Positions 1-9,427 are shown, counted from the first letter of the stretch. The stretch is DNA of 64,000 bases from Candidatus Saccharimonadota bacterium (GCA_014377695.1 JACMPA010000026.1:4873-68872); one strand, 5' to 3'. Notes: generated by a model not told the origin, from the sequence alone. Made by a program: numbers and translations.

Positions 1-509
1 TTGCCGTATCTGAAATACTTCTTGTTTTGGGTATCCATGCCGCTGCTCGTGATGTTACTCGGATAACCATTGCTATCCGTGCATTGGTTCGTTCCTTTGT
101 CGAGCAAGGTCATCTTGAGATTACCCTGTCCGTCGGTGGCTAAGTTCTCACGTAGGTTCTTGAAGCACTGCCCGCCCCAGCTGGAACCGCCTAGTATGCG
201 CCACTTGGTGCTATCGGGTGCGGTATTGGCAGCAGTATCGAAGTCATCACAGAAAGCGAGATTCGTCAGGTCGGCGCATTTATTGCCGCCTTGCCCTGTG
301 GATGCAGCACTGAACTTGATCGCCTTACCGCTAGACGCCGAAGTCGCATTCGTAATGGTCGCACCTGAGCCGAGCGTGCCGGCTTCCGGCTCGATGCTTG
401 CTACCGGCGTGGCCGCCGTAGCGAGTATCAACAGAGAGCAACCCAACAGAGCGAAGACAAGGGCGAACAGGATGTTCCGGTTAATTCTAAATGGTTTTCT
501 ATTTTGCAT
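1..509 (-). CDS. Secreted glycoside hydrolase family 16-like (laminarinase/glucanase fold), 5' part only; the gene runs off the window
   Basis: Own translation of the minus strand from ATG at 507-509: MQNRKPFRINRNILFALVFALLGCSLLILA (signal peptide), IEPEAGTLGSGATITNATSASSGKAIKF, then FCDDFDTAANTAPDSTKWRILGG...NLATDGQGNLKMTL...ITSSGMDTQNKKYFRYG, a typical GH16 N-terminal strand pattern. Absent from the ORF track because there is no stop inside the window. Confidence 0.6.
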   Translation of the reverse strand, partial: MQNRKPFRINRNILFALVFALLGCSLLILATAATPVASIEPEAGTLGSGATITNATSASSGKAIKFSAASTGQGGNKCADLTNLAFCDDFDTAANTAPDSTKWRILGGSSWGGQCFKNLRENLATDGQGNLKMTLLDKGTNQCTDSNGYPSNITSSGMDTQNKKYFRYG

Positions 510-654
510 AGTACAAAAGTTGTATTGTTTGCGTGAATTTACCTTAAACATTATTATAGTCTACCGGCTATGTGATGGCAAGTCAGTTGACAGTCGCTAA
601 AAGAAACATTTCCTTATTTCATGCCATAAAGCTTATGCTTAATAGCCTTCGATC

Positions 655-1095
655 GTGAGGTCTACTTTTTGTATGATATATCTCATGACTAGCTCTAAAA
701 TAGAGATAGCCATCGGCATTGTCACAAATTATGACTTGGTCCTATTGGCGGAACGCGTTAAAACAGAATCTAAGGATACTGGCGAAGTAGTATCCTGGGT
801 TTTTCGGGGGGTAAATTCGAGTCCGTCGAATCACCAGAACAAGCGGCAGCTAGAGAAGTCCTAGAAGAAACGGTTTTGAAACCGATATTGAGCGCCGTAT
901 CTCGGAGGGTCACATCCACACATCCCTGTTTATGTTTACTATATTACCTGCAAACTGAAACGAAATGTCGATACAGTTGAGACCTCGGACACCGCAGTTC
1001 GGAATAGTTTATTGGTATCAAAGTATGAAATTTTTGATTATGTTACTTCACCGATCAATCCGAAGGATGCTCATTTCCTCGAGATTGAACAATAG
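655..1095 (+). pseudogene. NUDIX (MutT-like) hydrolase pseudogene with at least three frame changes
   Basis: Frame 1 gives IEIAIGIVTNYDLVLLAERV...VSWVFRG. After the G6 run at 806-811 the Nudix box continues in another frame (GGKFESVESPEQAAAREVLEET). Further frames give GFETDIERRISEGHIHT, then IPVYVYYITCKLKRNVDTVE...KDAHFLEIEQ*. Confidence 0.6.
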
Positions 1096-1566
1096 ATCCT
1101 TAAGCAAAAAAGTTCTAAGTACGTCAACTTAGTTAAAGCTGGTGCAGACCAGTACAAAATTGATGTTAGCCGGAATGTAGCAAAAAATTTCCGGTACTTC
1201 AGACATATAATATCCACCTTGTTGAGTTGGTATGCGCCAAAAATACCTCAGCAAACAATCAGTTTGTGAAGATGCTACATAAAAAGTTCGTGAGTTTAGT
1301 GGCACTGGTGGGAAAGAATGGTTTCATATCTCAGCCGATCAGGTCGTAGAGATTGCAATTGAAATTAACAAAGCCCCTGATGTTAATATCGCTGAGAATA
1401 TTGTTCAAGACTTGAAGAAACAAATTGCCAATATTGTAGACACCTATGAGAATAAAATTGCCGAAGAGCTTAACGAGCTGAGGACTGAGCGGAGGGCATT
1501 CCTAAAAGAGAAAAAAGATGTAATTAAACTTCTAAGAGTTGAAACCTACCAAGAGACAAAGGAGAG

Positions 1567-1758
1567 TTGCGAAGAAAGGCTGACGAGGCAGAATACGATG
1601 CGGCCAAAACTTTAGTCCGAGAACATATGTACGTTTCGACTACATTTCTTCAAAGGCATCTTCGAATTGGTTATGGGAAAGCGGCTCGCCTGGTTGAACG
1701 AATGGAAGTTGACCGCATAGTCGGTCCCCTAGATGGTATACGCCGAGAAGTATTATGA
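1567..1758 (+). pseudogene. Isolated FtsK/SpoIIIE gamma (winged-helix) domain, probably the remnant of a degraded DNA translocase
   Basis: [36 protein letters not shown] matches the FtsK-gamma consensus (S.LQR.LRIGYNRAAR..D.LE..GIVGP..G). The frame opens only about 70 codons upstream (stop at 1540-1542). No motor domain is present, and the preceding coiled-coil ORF 1412-1615 is in another frame. Confidence 0.5.
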
Positions 1759-2947
1759 GCGGTTGTTGTTTCGGACTAACAACAGCGAACGAGCCTGAAC
1801 GGATATGCTCTACACCTGGTAATAAAAACCCATGCCACATATGTACCTACAGTGGCGACTTCACTTGGGAATAGTTTTTTAGTTCTTTTGTTGGTAGGCT
1901 TTTTGCTTGAACTCTAAATCTCTTTGAAGGTTTTGGTATGCTTCGCCTCGAAGTTTACCTACGTCAAACAACATTATTACTCCAGCAACTAACGCACCGT
2001 AAAAGAAAGTTCGAGCAAATAGAGCTGTTAGTCCAAGAACGACAAAATTCGCTCGAGCGACGTGGCGGACTGGATGTTATCTACAGTCGAAGAGCGGGGT
2101 GAGCCCACTCAGAATAATGCTTTTTACAAGATCAATATGCAGTTCGGTACCGGCTTTACCACCATAACGACTAGCGGTAGCCCCTCTCAATCAAAGGTGG
2201 CGTACTGACTGCTTTCAAGCGAATAAGTGAAGCTACGGTCGTCTGGGAACGAGGAGATAAAAAATGGCGTGAGCGAGAGTTCTATGACGCGCCCGGACGT
2301 GACCGGTTCTAAGGATCAGCGTCATTTATCGCGCCCATCGATCTGAATACAAGGCGGTAATTGGCGAACAGGTTTTTGATGGCAGTACCTATTTGGCGAT
2401 TGGCGAAACCAAGGATAGCCCGCTAGCCGAAAAGTTTATCTACATGCTGGCTCGTATATATGTGCGGAGTCCTGAAACCGCCGAGTATATCATCGACATC
2501 GGCCGCTTACCAGGCTTGAAGTAGCTGGGCAATCGATATCTACATCCCGGATTAGTTGCATCGAATCTTCACAAAATCCAACTTTCTCATAGAACAATTA
2601 CACTGCGAATGAAGCGAGGTACTCATAAAACTTATAATGGCTTCCTAGCAATTAGGCCATCTAGCAATCTAAAACCTGGGTGATATGTAGGAGAGATTGT
2701 GAGATCACATGTCGAGGCTAACGCAGTAGCGAGGACGAGTAGACGGACTACACAGACTGCCGATTATACGGACATAGTACGATCCAGCAAACAAGATCAG
2801 CCTCACGCTGGTGACGCGGTACGATTAAACCGGAAATAAAGGCTGCTAGATATATTTTTGTCTTTTTAAACTTAACCAACATTACGCACCGCAAGGCATA
2901 TCTCTTATGCTATTATTACGATATTAAGTAATAAGCAAGGAACATGT

Positions 2948-3700
2948 ATGGATTCTGCAAATGTCTGGCTCTGGTTCGGTTTAATAGGTATGTTAGTAGG
3001 AAGTTTCGTCATATTTGTAATGACGCAGCTGCTTCGAAAAGAAGATCAGCATCATGGGTATGTGGCCCTCAGTATCACGTTAATAGCAGCGACTGCTTAC
3101 TACGCACTCGCTACGCATCTCGGTGACTTCTCATTCAATGGCAAGACCGTTCAGGTAGCTCGCTATGCTGACTGGGTGATCACTACACCGCTTTTGCTGC
3201 TCGGGCTGCTGGCAGTCGGTTTACCAACAGTATTGAAACTAAAAAACCTGAATTACCGGCTTGGGTTAATACTGGCCATCCTCGGGTTGGATATCTACAT
3301 GATACTAACCGGCTTCCTTGCCGTACTTGCCAATTCAAACAACTCATACGTTTGGTACGCCGTCAGCTGCGGAGCTTTCCTGGCCATAACGCTGCTGCTG
3401 TTCAGTGAAGTGAGGAACCTCTCATTACACAACGGTGGTAAAAAAGTGGCCGCTTTGTACATGCGCTTGACTTACTTCCTGACGGTCGTTTGGATATTCT
3501 ACCCGGTCGTATGGTTCCTAGGAAACGATGGCACCAGTACTATCAGCTACACGACGGAGAATGCCCTCTACGCGATTCTTGATGTGACTGCGAAAGTCGG
3601 TTTCGGTCTCCTCACGATATCTGGGATACTCAGTTTACAACGTGACATCAAGCCTGCTAGCGGCGAGTCCACTATCGACGCCGCCGCTTCGCGTCAATAG
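2948..3700 (+). CDS. Type-1 microbial rhodopsin with a D-T-G motif; predicted light-driven proton pump
   Basis: Seven hydrophobic helices. Helix C RYADWVITTPLLLLGL (BR: RYADWLFTTPLLLLDL). Helix F WIFYPVVWFLG. Helix G LDVTAKVGFG with the Schiff-base Lys (K216, codon 3593-3595) and counterion D212. Confidence 0.93.
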   Translation: MDSANVWLWFGLIGMLVGSFVIFVMTQLLRKEDQHHGYVALSITLIAATAYYALATHLGDFSFNGKTVQVARYADWVITTPLLLLGLLAVGLPTVLKLKNLNYRLGLILAILGLDIYMILTGFLAVLANSNNSYVWYAVSCGAFLAITLLLFSEVRNLSLHNGGKKVAALYMRLTYFLTVVWIFYPVVWFLGNDGTSTISYTTENALYAILDVTAKVGFGLLTISGILSLQRDIKPASGESTIDAAASRQ

Positions 3701-3740
3701 TCTGAACTACCGTTGTTGATCTGACTCAGATTAAACATAT

Positions 3741-3769
3741 AAATAAGACCCAAAAACTGGGTCTTATTT
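3741..3769 (+). terminator. Rho-independent terminator after the rhodopsin gene
   Basis: Hairpin aaataagaccc-aaaaact-gggtcttattt followed by a T-rich tail. Confidence 0.6.
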
Positions 3770-3863
3770 ATTTATACCTATAGCAGTGCGCTGCTCTTAT
3801 TTTGGGAGAAGTTGAACATCTTCTTAGATGTCGAAGGGTAGAACTACTACGCCCAACAGAAGC

Positions 3864-4466
3864 TCAGAGTGCATCAGTAAGCTTGGGCCGGTTGTGCGTT
3901 ATTAGATGCGCATCTGCGCGCCGCAGCAGTTCTGGACGAAGCTTAGCTATCTTTTGGATTTGATTGTACGCGCTGTAGCTATGTTTTGCCGGGCCAGACA
4001 TCACAGATAAATTTAAGTCGTCCTGGGCGAAATATATATCGTAGAATGGGATTAATACAGACCCTTTGAATCGGAACATTGATGCCAACGCAATAAGTGG
4101 CGTACCCCATTTATTAAGTGGCCTGTTTATATCAGTGCCGAGTTCTATGATTCGTCGCAACAATGGCTGTTCTGATTCAAAATCATGGTCATGAGCTCTC
4201 CTATAAATGATCAAAGGGTTACCTAAGCGTACATCAGCGCCGTCATCAAGTAACTTATTCGCTATCTTAATCCTGGAGGCAATATCGTTATTCGAAAGTG
4301 CATCGCTCAGTAGTTTCCGGCCGCCACTCCCGTACATGATGTTGCGATCAATACGTTTGTAGGTAGCTATGAATTCATCATAGCTACCCTCACGGGTCAC
4401 TCTCTCGATCGCTACATGATCACGAAGAACTTCATGCCAAAACTGAATGTAGGCTCTGAAGCGCAA
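3864..4466 (-). CDS. Ankyrin-repeat-like protein
   Basis: Two ANK-like units: LLSDALSNNDIASRIKIANKLLDDGADV and GTPLIALA...IIELGTDIN. TTG start in the ORF track. Confidence 0.5.
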   Translation of the reverse strand: MRFRAYIQFWHEVLRDHVAIERVTREGSYDEFIATYKRIDRNIMYGSGGRKLLSDALSNNDIASRIKIANKLLDDGADVRLGNPLIIYRRAHDHDFESEQPLLRRIIELGTDINRPLNKWGTPLIALASMFRFKGSVLIPFYDIYFAQDDLNLSVMSGPAKHSYSAYNQIQKIAKLRPELLRRADAHLITHNRPKLTDAL

Positions 4467-4639
4467 CTTAATTGGTCAAATCATAACAATTCACAGTATA
4501 CACGGATGTACCTAACGGGTGCTGCCGTCGCCGCGGGCATACGTATTCACCGATCAGCAAAACTTATAGGAAACTGAGCGGTCCCACTGACGTTTTTTCG
4601 GCTGTCATCTCAATTACTGCTATGTCTGAAACATGGTTG

Positions 4640-5185
4640 CTATGAATAGGCGGCACAACCACCAATTACATAAGTGAAAATAGTCACGAAATTATCAATT
4701 TTCGTGAAACCCAACCGCAAATAATATCCCAAGACCACTAGGATGATTGTTAACGTGGCGCTGCCGAGAAATGTAAAAAATAGAAACCGAGTATACAGTA
4801 TATGCTGGTATCCGGCCGGCACGGTTACTGCCGTGCGAATACCGGGCACGAATCGCCCAAAAAGACCGTCCGACGGACGTGAGTATCAAATAACTTGCCT
4901 GCTCGATCAATCTTGCGGGTCGTGATACCAAGCCACTTCCCGTGCTTTTCCAAGAATCGTGTAACCTTCTCACGATTTACAAGAGGTGCAACAATATAGA
5001 CTGATACCGAGCCAAGAGTGGAACCGATGGCGCCAGCCACGATAGCGGCCATTAAGTTCAGCGAGCCACGGGACGCAGTATATCCGACAAACGGCATGAC
5101 CGCCTCCACTGAAAAAAAAGAACATGAGGACGATAATACCGGCGTACTTTAATGACAGAATTGTCTCGTAGATGAAGCCGTTCAA
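4640..5185 (-). pseudogene. DedA/SNARE-associated membrane protein, disrupted by two homopolymer frameshifts
   Basis: Three ORF pieces join into a DedA pattern: ...YAGIIVLMFFF|SVEAVMPFVGYTASRGSLNLMAAIVAGAIGSTLGS...RRTVFF|GRFVPGIRTAVTVPAGY. The breaks lie at the A8 run 5112-5119 and the A5 run 4859-4863 (plus-strand coordinates). Confidence 0.7.
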
Positions 5186-5212
5186 ACTACAAGTATAGCC
5201 GAGGTCGTACTC

Positions 5213-5668
5213 TTAGCTATAATTGTTCAACTCTATATTGCTCTTTAGCTTTTTCAGCGCCCTGTCGAACATGCTATTCATGAGTGGTTTAATCAAAAAA
5301 AGACCAGCTTGACCGATAAGCCCGAACGGAACCGGGGTAATCTCCTGCCAGACGAATGTGCAGCTGTCATCCGCATGCGGGTGAACGCTGAATACCCCTT
5401 TGCCGAGGACGATCCTTCCGGTGTGCTCGACGACGATAGTATCGTACGGCTGCCATGTGGTAACTACCATAGTGTCACTGAATTTAAGCGGTCCGAATCC
5501 GGTAACAGCGAGCAGGCTGGCGCCTTGTCCTTTGACCGATTCAGACAAGTTTTTGACAGTAGTAAACGGTATCCAGCCGGACTGCCGTTCCCAGTCCGAA
5601 ACGTACTCAAAGACTGTCTGTTGAGTAGCCTGTATGTCAATTTTAAACGTGAGTGTGATTGTATTCAT
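5213..5668 (-). CDS. SRPBCC (START/polyketide-cyclase-like) family protein
   Basis: About 150 aa. The N-terminus IDIQATQQTVFEYVSDWERQSGWIPF is typical of SRPBCC ligand-binding proteins. Confidence 0.65.
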   Translation of the reverse strand: MNTITLTFKIDIQATQQTVFEYVSDWERQSGWIPFTTVKNLSESVKGQGASLLAVTGFGPLKFSDTMVVTTWQPYDTIVVEHTGRIVLGKGVFSVHPHADDSCTFVWQEITPVPFGLIGQAGLFLIKPLMNSMFDRALKKLKSNIELNNYS

Positions 5669-5697
5669 GACCTTACTGTACCAAACCGCGTTAGAAA

Positions 5698-6804
5698 TTG
5701 GACTATACTAGAATGATGAAACGGTTATCGCTCACAGAACTTGAGAAGTACATCGAGAGCATCGATACGGCCGAGTATGCCAAGACCCGAAATTATATTG
5801 ACGGCTCGACCAAGTTGTCGGAGTATATCAGCCGTGGCTTCATTAGTCTGCCGCGCGTGCAGGAATTGATTCTCAAGAACAATACCAAATCGAGCGCCTT
5901 CAAGCTACTGAGTGAACTATCGTGGCGCGAATATTGGCAGCATACTTGGCGGGTGCGAGGCGACGAGATTTTTGAATACTTTCGCCCCCTCCCCTTCGAG
6001 CCGCGCAGTGGCCTGCCGACCGCCGTACTAGAGGCTAGCACTGGAATAAAAGCCCTGGATGAAGGCATTCACCAGTTATATGAGACAGGTTTTATAGATA
6101 ATCATATGCGCATGTGGCTGGCTGGACTTGTCTGCAACGTAGCTAAATGCGACTGGAAAATCGGTGCGGCTTGGATGCATTCCTATCTGATCGATGGCGA
6201 TTTTGCGAGCAATCATCTGAGCTGGCAATGGGTCGCCGGCAGCTACACGGGCAAGCCGTATTTACCCCAGCAGGCCAACATCAATACATATACCGAAACT
6301 GAGCAGGATGACACATATCTGAACAATACTTATGCGCACATCGCGGACATGGATGTACCTGATGAGTTAAACGATTTGACCAAAACATTGCCCGCGCACA
6401 AAGCGACGATGCTGCATGACACAATAACGATCGATGAGATACACGCTGCTGAGACGGTGCTGTTGTGCAGTCCGTGGACCCTTGATCCTACCTGGCGCTC
6501 CGCCGACACAGGTCAGCGCGTGCTAGTTATTCCGAGTGATATATATCAAGAGGGTGCATACAGCCAACATGTCCTGGATAGCATACAGCACTTCGTACAG
6601 CAGATTGATGAGCTAAGGATATGCAATTTGTCAGATAAACAGATCAAACAGCTTAGCCCCAACACGATACTTCGAAAAGACTATCCTGGTATTGCCACCT
6701 GGCCTGGCCAGGTGGACGGGGCAGAATTACTGCAACCAAACCTACCTGAGAAGTTCTACCCGTCCTACTCTGCCTACTGGAAGGCAATCGAGAAAAGTCA
6801 GTAG
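5698..6804 (+). CDS. Photolyase/cryptochrome-superfamily protein with inverted topology (FAD domain N-terminal; NewPHL-like)
   Basis: The protein starts directly with FAD_binding_7 motifs: YAKTRNYIDGSTKLSEYISRGFISLPRV, ELSWREYWQ, TGFIDNHMRMWLAGLV, DGDFASNHLSWQWVAGS. About 170 further aa follow. There is no N-terminal alpha/beta domain. The TTG at 5698 or the ATG at 5713 could be the start. Confidence 0.75.
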   Translation: MDYTRMMKRLSLTELEKYIESIDTAEYAKTRNYIDGSTKLSEYISRGFISLPRVQELILKNNTKSSAFKLLSELSWREYWQHTWRVRGDEIFEYFRPLPFEPRSGLPTAVLEASTGIKALDEGIHQLYETGFIDNHMRMWLAGLVCNVAKCDWKIGAAWMHSYLIDGDFASNHLSWQWVAGSYTGKPYLPQQANINTYTETEQDDTYLNNTYAHIADMDVPDELNDLTKTLPAHKATMLHDTITIDEIHAAETVLLCSPWTLDPTWRSADTGQRVLVIPSDIYQEGAYSQHVLDSIQHFVQQIDELRICNLSDKQIKQLSPNTILRKDYPGIATWPGQVDGAELLQPNLPEKFYPSYSAYWKAIEKSQ

Positions 6805-7041
6805 TCCTGCGTTTGTGGTATTCTAGACTTCGCGTACAGTCGTGAACATGATCCAGTCCGACATGTGTTCCCACGTCGTACTATACTCAAAGACCATTGC
6901 CAGCTCGGCGTGTATGGTTAGGTTAAATGAAAGCGTCACAACACTCATATCCTGACTGCATTCATAGCTACGAGCCGATGGATGAACGCACGACACACAA
7001 ATGCAGGCTCTGAAGCCAATATCGCCTGAACAACCAGTTGT

Positions 7042-8532
7042 TTAAACAAGCCATTGTCGCGCGGTTGATTCAATTGTCTGTTGCTTGTCGCTGCTAAATT
7101 TATCGTAAATTCTAACGACCATTTGCATGCGAAAGTTTTGCTTTATAATCTCTCGGTGATCATCTATAAATTTCCAGTACAAGGCATCCCAGACACCAGA
7201 CCACGGCTCTTTCTTGTAATCACTCATTTTTATTATGTAGTTGCTACCGCTGATATATGGCTTAGTCGTTATCAAGGTGCCGGCGGCAAACTGACTCATA
7301 GCGTAGACATTTGGAACCATAACCCAATCGTAGGCGTCAATAAACATCTCCATGAACCACCTATACACATCATCTGGATCAATACGTAGTAAAACCATTG
7401 CATTGCCTAAAATCATGAGACGCTCAATATGATGAGCGTAACCCGTGTCGAGCACTCGCTTGATCGTCACATCAATTGGCTTGATGCCGACGCTGCCGGT
7501 CCACCAGCCATGTTTCAGCTTTTGATGTGCTTCTAAGTAATTTGCAGTACGCATTTCTTTTCCAAAGTGCACATATGTCGCCCGCATGTATTCGCGCCAG
7601 CCAATTACTTGGCGTATAAATCCTTCTAGACTTTCGATCGGTGCCTCGTGCGATTTACTATAGCTAATTGTCGCCTCGACGACCTGACCAGGCGTCAATA
7701 GACCGCAGTTAATGAGCGGGCTCAATATGGAATGGAATAATTCTGATTCTGATTCAGCTATTGCATCCTCGTAGGGCCCAAAGTCAGCTAACCGTTCATT
7801 CAAGAACCGCTCTAACTGCTCCATGGCTTGATCGTGAGTTACCGGGTAGACAAAGGTTTGACTGGTTCCGGGATTGCCTCCAAACGATTCATCAACCCAT
7901 TGCATGGCTTCGGCGACATGGTCCGATGTGTTCGTCGGATAGCATGGCGGCAAGACTATACTCTTGGGCAACTTTTTACGGTTAGAAGCGTCAAAACTCC
8001 AGGCGCCTCCAATCGGTTTATTATCGGCAGTCATTAGAATGTTCAAGCGTTTGCGCTGCCAGGCATAGAAGCTCTGCATACGATTTGGGTTATTACTGAA
8101 GTAATCGTCAATCAAACCGAGGCTGGTTAAAAATCCTGGGGACTCATGCCGCTGGGCCGACACGCCAAGCTCTTCGAAGAGCTTAAACAATGATTCTTGT
8201 AGCCAATCGTCAGTGAGTTCATAGTACGTAATTGCGGACGGTTTTAGGCTACTGAGTGCCTCACCGACTACATCCATACTTTTGCGGTCCGACGTCTCTA
8301 CCACTATTACTCGAAATCCACGAGATTCCAATAGGTCTTTGAAATGACGGATAGACGCACGATGTAGTAGTAATTTCTGTTTATGAAATTTGTATTGCTT
8401 AAAGAACAGGTCGTCTTCAATCAGCAGCATCGTGGTATCCGCCGGGGCGGTAGTGTGCTCAAGGAATAGCTGATTTGGAAATATCAACCTCACCGGTTGT
8501 CGTGTTGGAGTGGGATCAGATATAGCACTCAA
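7042..8532 (-). CDS. FeS-BCP/COG3046-type cryptochrome/(6-4) photolyase-like protein lacking the Fe-S cluster cysteines
   Basis: LIFPNQLF...LLIEDDLFFKQYKFHKQKLLLHRASIRHF, IGWREYMR, TGYAHHIERLMILGN, DAYDWVMVPNVYAMSQFA, KPYISGSNYIIKMSDY. There are only two Cys in 496 aa, and neither sits in the C-terminal DYCxxC...C region. Confidence 0.8.
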   Translation of the reverse strand: MSAISDPTPTRQPVRLIFPNQLFLEHTTAPADTTMLLIEDDLFFKQYKFHKQKLLLHRASIRHFKDLLESRGFRVIVVETSDRKSMDVVGEALSSLKPSAITYYELTDDWLQESLFKLFEELGVSAQRHESPGFLTSLGLIDDYFSNNPNRMQSFYAWQRKRLNILMTADNKPIGGAWSFDASNRKKLPKSIVLPPCYPTNTSDHVAEAMQWVDESFGGNPGTSQTFVYPVTHDQAMEQLERFLNERLADFGPYEDAIAESESELFHSILSPLINCGLLTPGQVVEATISYSKSHEAPIESLEGFIRQVIGWREYMRATYVHFGKEMRTANYLEAHQKLKHGWWTGSVGIKPIDVTIKRVLDTGYAHHIERLMILGNAMVLLRIDPDDVYRWFMEMFIDAYDWVMVPNVYAMSQFAAGTLITTKPYISGSNYIIKMSDYKKEPWSGVWDALYWKFIDDHREIIKQNFRMQMVVRIYDKFSSDKQQTIESTARQWLV

Positions 8533-8542
8533 TGTATTCTCC

Positions 8543-9427
8543 TTATTTCATGTACCGTTTATACGCGTCGGCGGTATAGCGACCATAGTTGACGACTGTT
8601 TCATGTACCGTTACTGCGCTACTCAATTCTAATCCCTTTTCTTGGATTATACGCTCGCGCACTGATTTACGGATGTCTGAAATAACTTTACCATTACTTT
8701 TTCTAGTTGTATCAAAATCGAGCATTGGTTTGGCTGACTCAAGAATTGCTGCGACTGTTCGGTCGTTTGTTTCAGGCAACCAAAAATGAACATACGCCGC
8801 GGTCGGATCACGCTCTTTAAAATTCTTAGTTGGATTATTCATTCTAAACGTTGGACTGAGCGGGCTGGTAATCCCAGCTTGCATCTGCCATTGCCAATGG
8901 TTAGTGGCGATATCTCCATCCACCAGGTAATTCTTAAAATGCCGCGCGCCATGATGCTAGCTCACTCCACAGTTTATGGTAAGAAAAGTAGTTGCCATGG
9001 CTCGCATTCTGAAGTTTATAAAGCCATCAGTACCTAGCTGGATCATTGCAGCATCAAGCAACGGATAGCCAGTCCGGCCATCCTTCCAGCGTTCAAAATA
9101 TTCGAGCTTTTGGCCAGCTAATGGCTCATCGCAGTACACAGCATCAAATTCTGGCAAGCGATTGTGCCACATCAAGTCTGGGTGAAACCACAGGCGCTGC
9201 GTAAAGCTATCGCGCCAACGCAATCGATTCAGGTAGGCAGCAATATCAAAAGCTTTTTTAGGACTAGCCTGCTCAAGCTTAGATCTATGTTTTGCTGCTG
9301 CCTGAAACACCGCGCGACTGGCAATTGTGCCAAACGCGAGGTGGGGCTCTAGCAGTGAGGTAGCACCGTGTTGGGCCAAATATGGCCGAGATATCTTCCA
9401 ACGATAGCCCTCAACCCGGTTTTTCAA
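8543..9427 (-). pseudogene. Photolyase FAD-domain gene remnant: no N-terminal domain and an in-frame TAG
   Basis: ORFs 8957-9427 and 8543-8923 are in the same frame, separated by a TAG at 8957-8959: ...FINFRMRAMATTFLTINCGVS*HHGARHFKNYLVDGDIATNHWQWQMQAGI. The stop sits where the family has Trp. The protein begins at the FAD domain (TSLLEPHLAFGTIASRAV). Confidence 0.7.

Noticed and set aside
70-600. The 176-aa plus-strand ORF at the window start.
   Set aside because: It is antisense to a minus-strand reading frame that has a signal peptide and GH16-type motifs. Its own sequence has no recognisable features.
600-2900. The gene-fragment zone as a currently active mobile element.
   Set aside because: No integrase, transposase, relaxase, terminal inverted or direct repeats, or flanking tRNA gene was seen. 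Only degraded fragments remain, so it is reported merely as possible remnants.
2530-2940. Long intergenic regions (2530-2940, 11134-11510, 47856-48066, 58659-58938) examined for riboswitch, SRP RNA, RNase P RNA, tmRNA or 6S RNA.
   Set aside because: I could not recognise any conserved core motif or convincing extended secondary structure by eye. A covariance-model scan (Rfam/Infernal) would be needed, so nothing is claimed.
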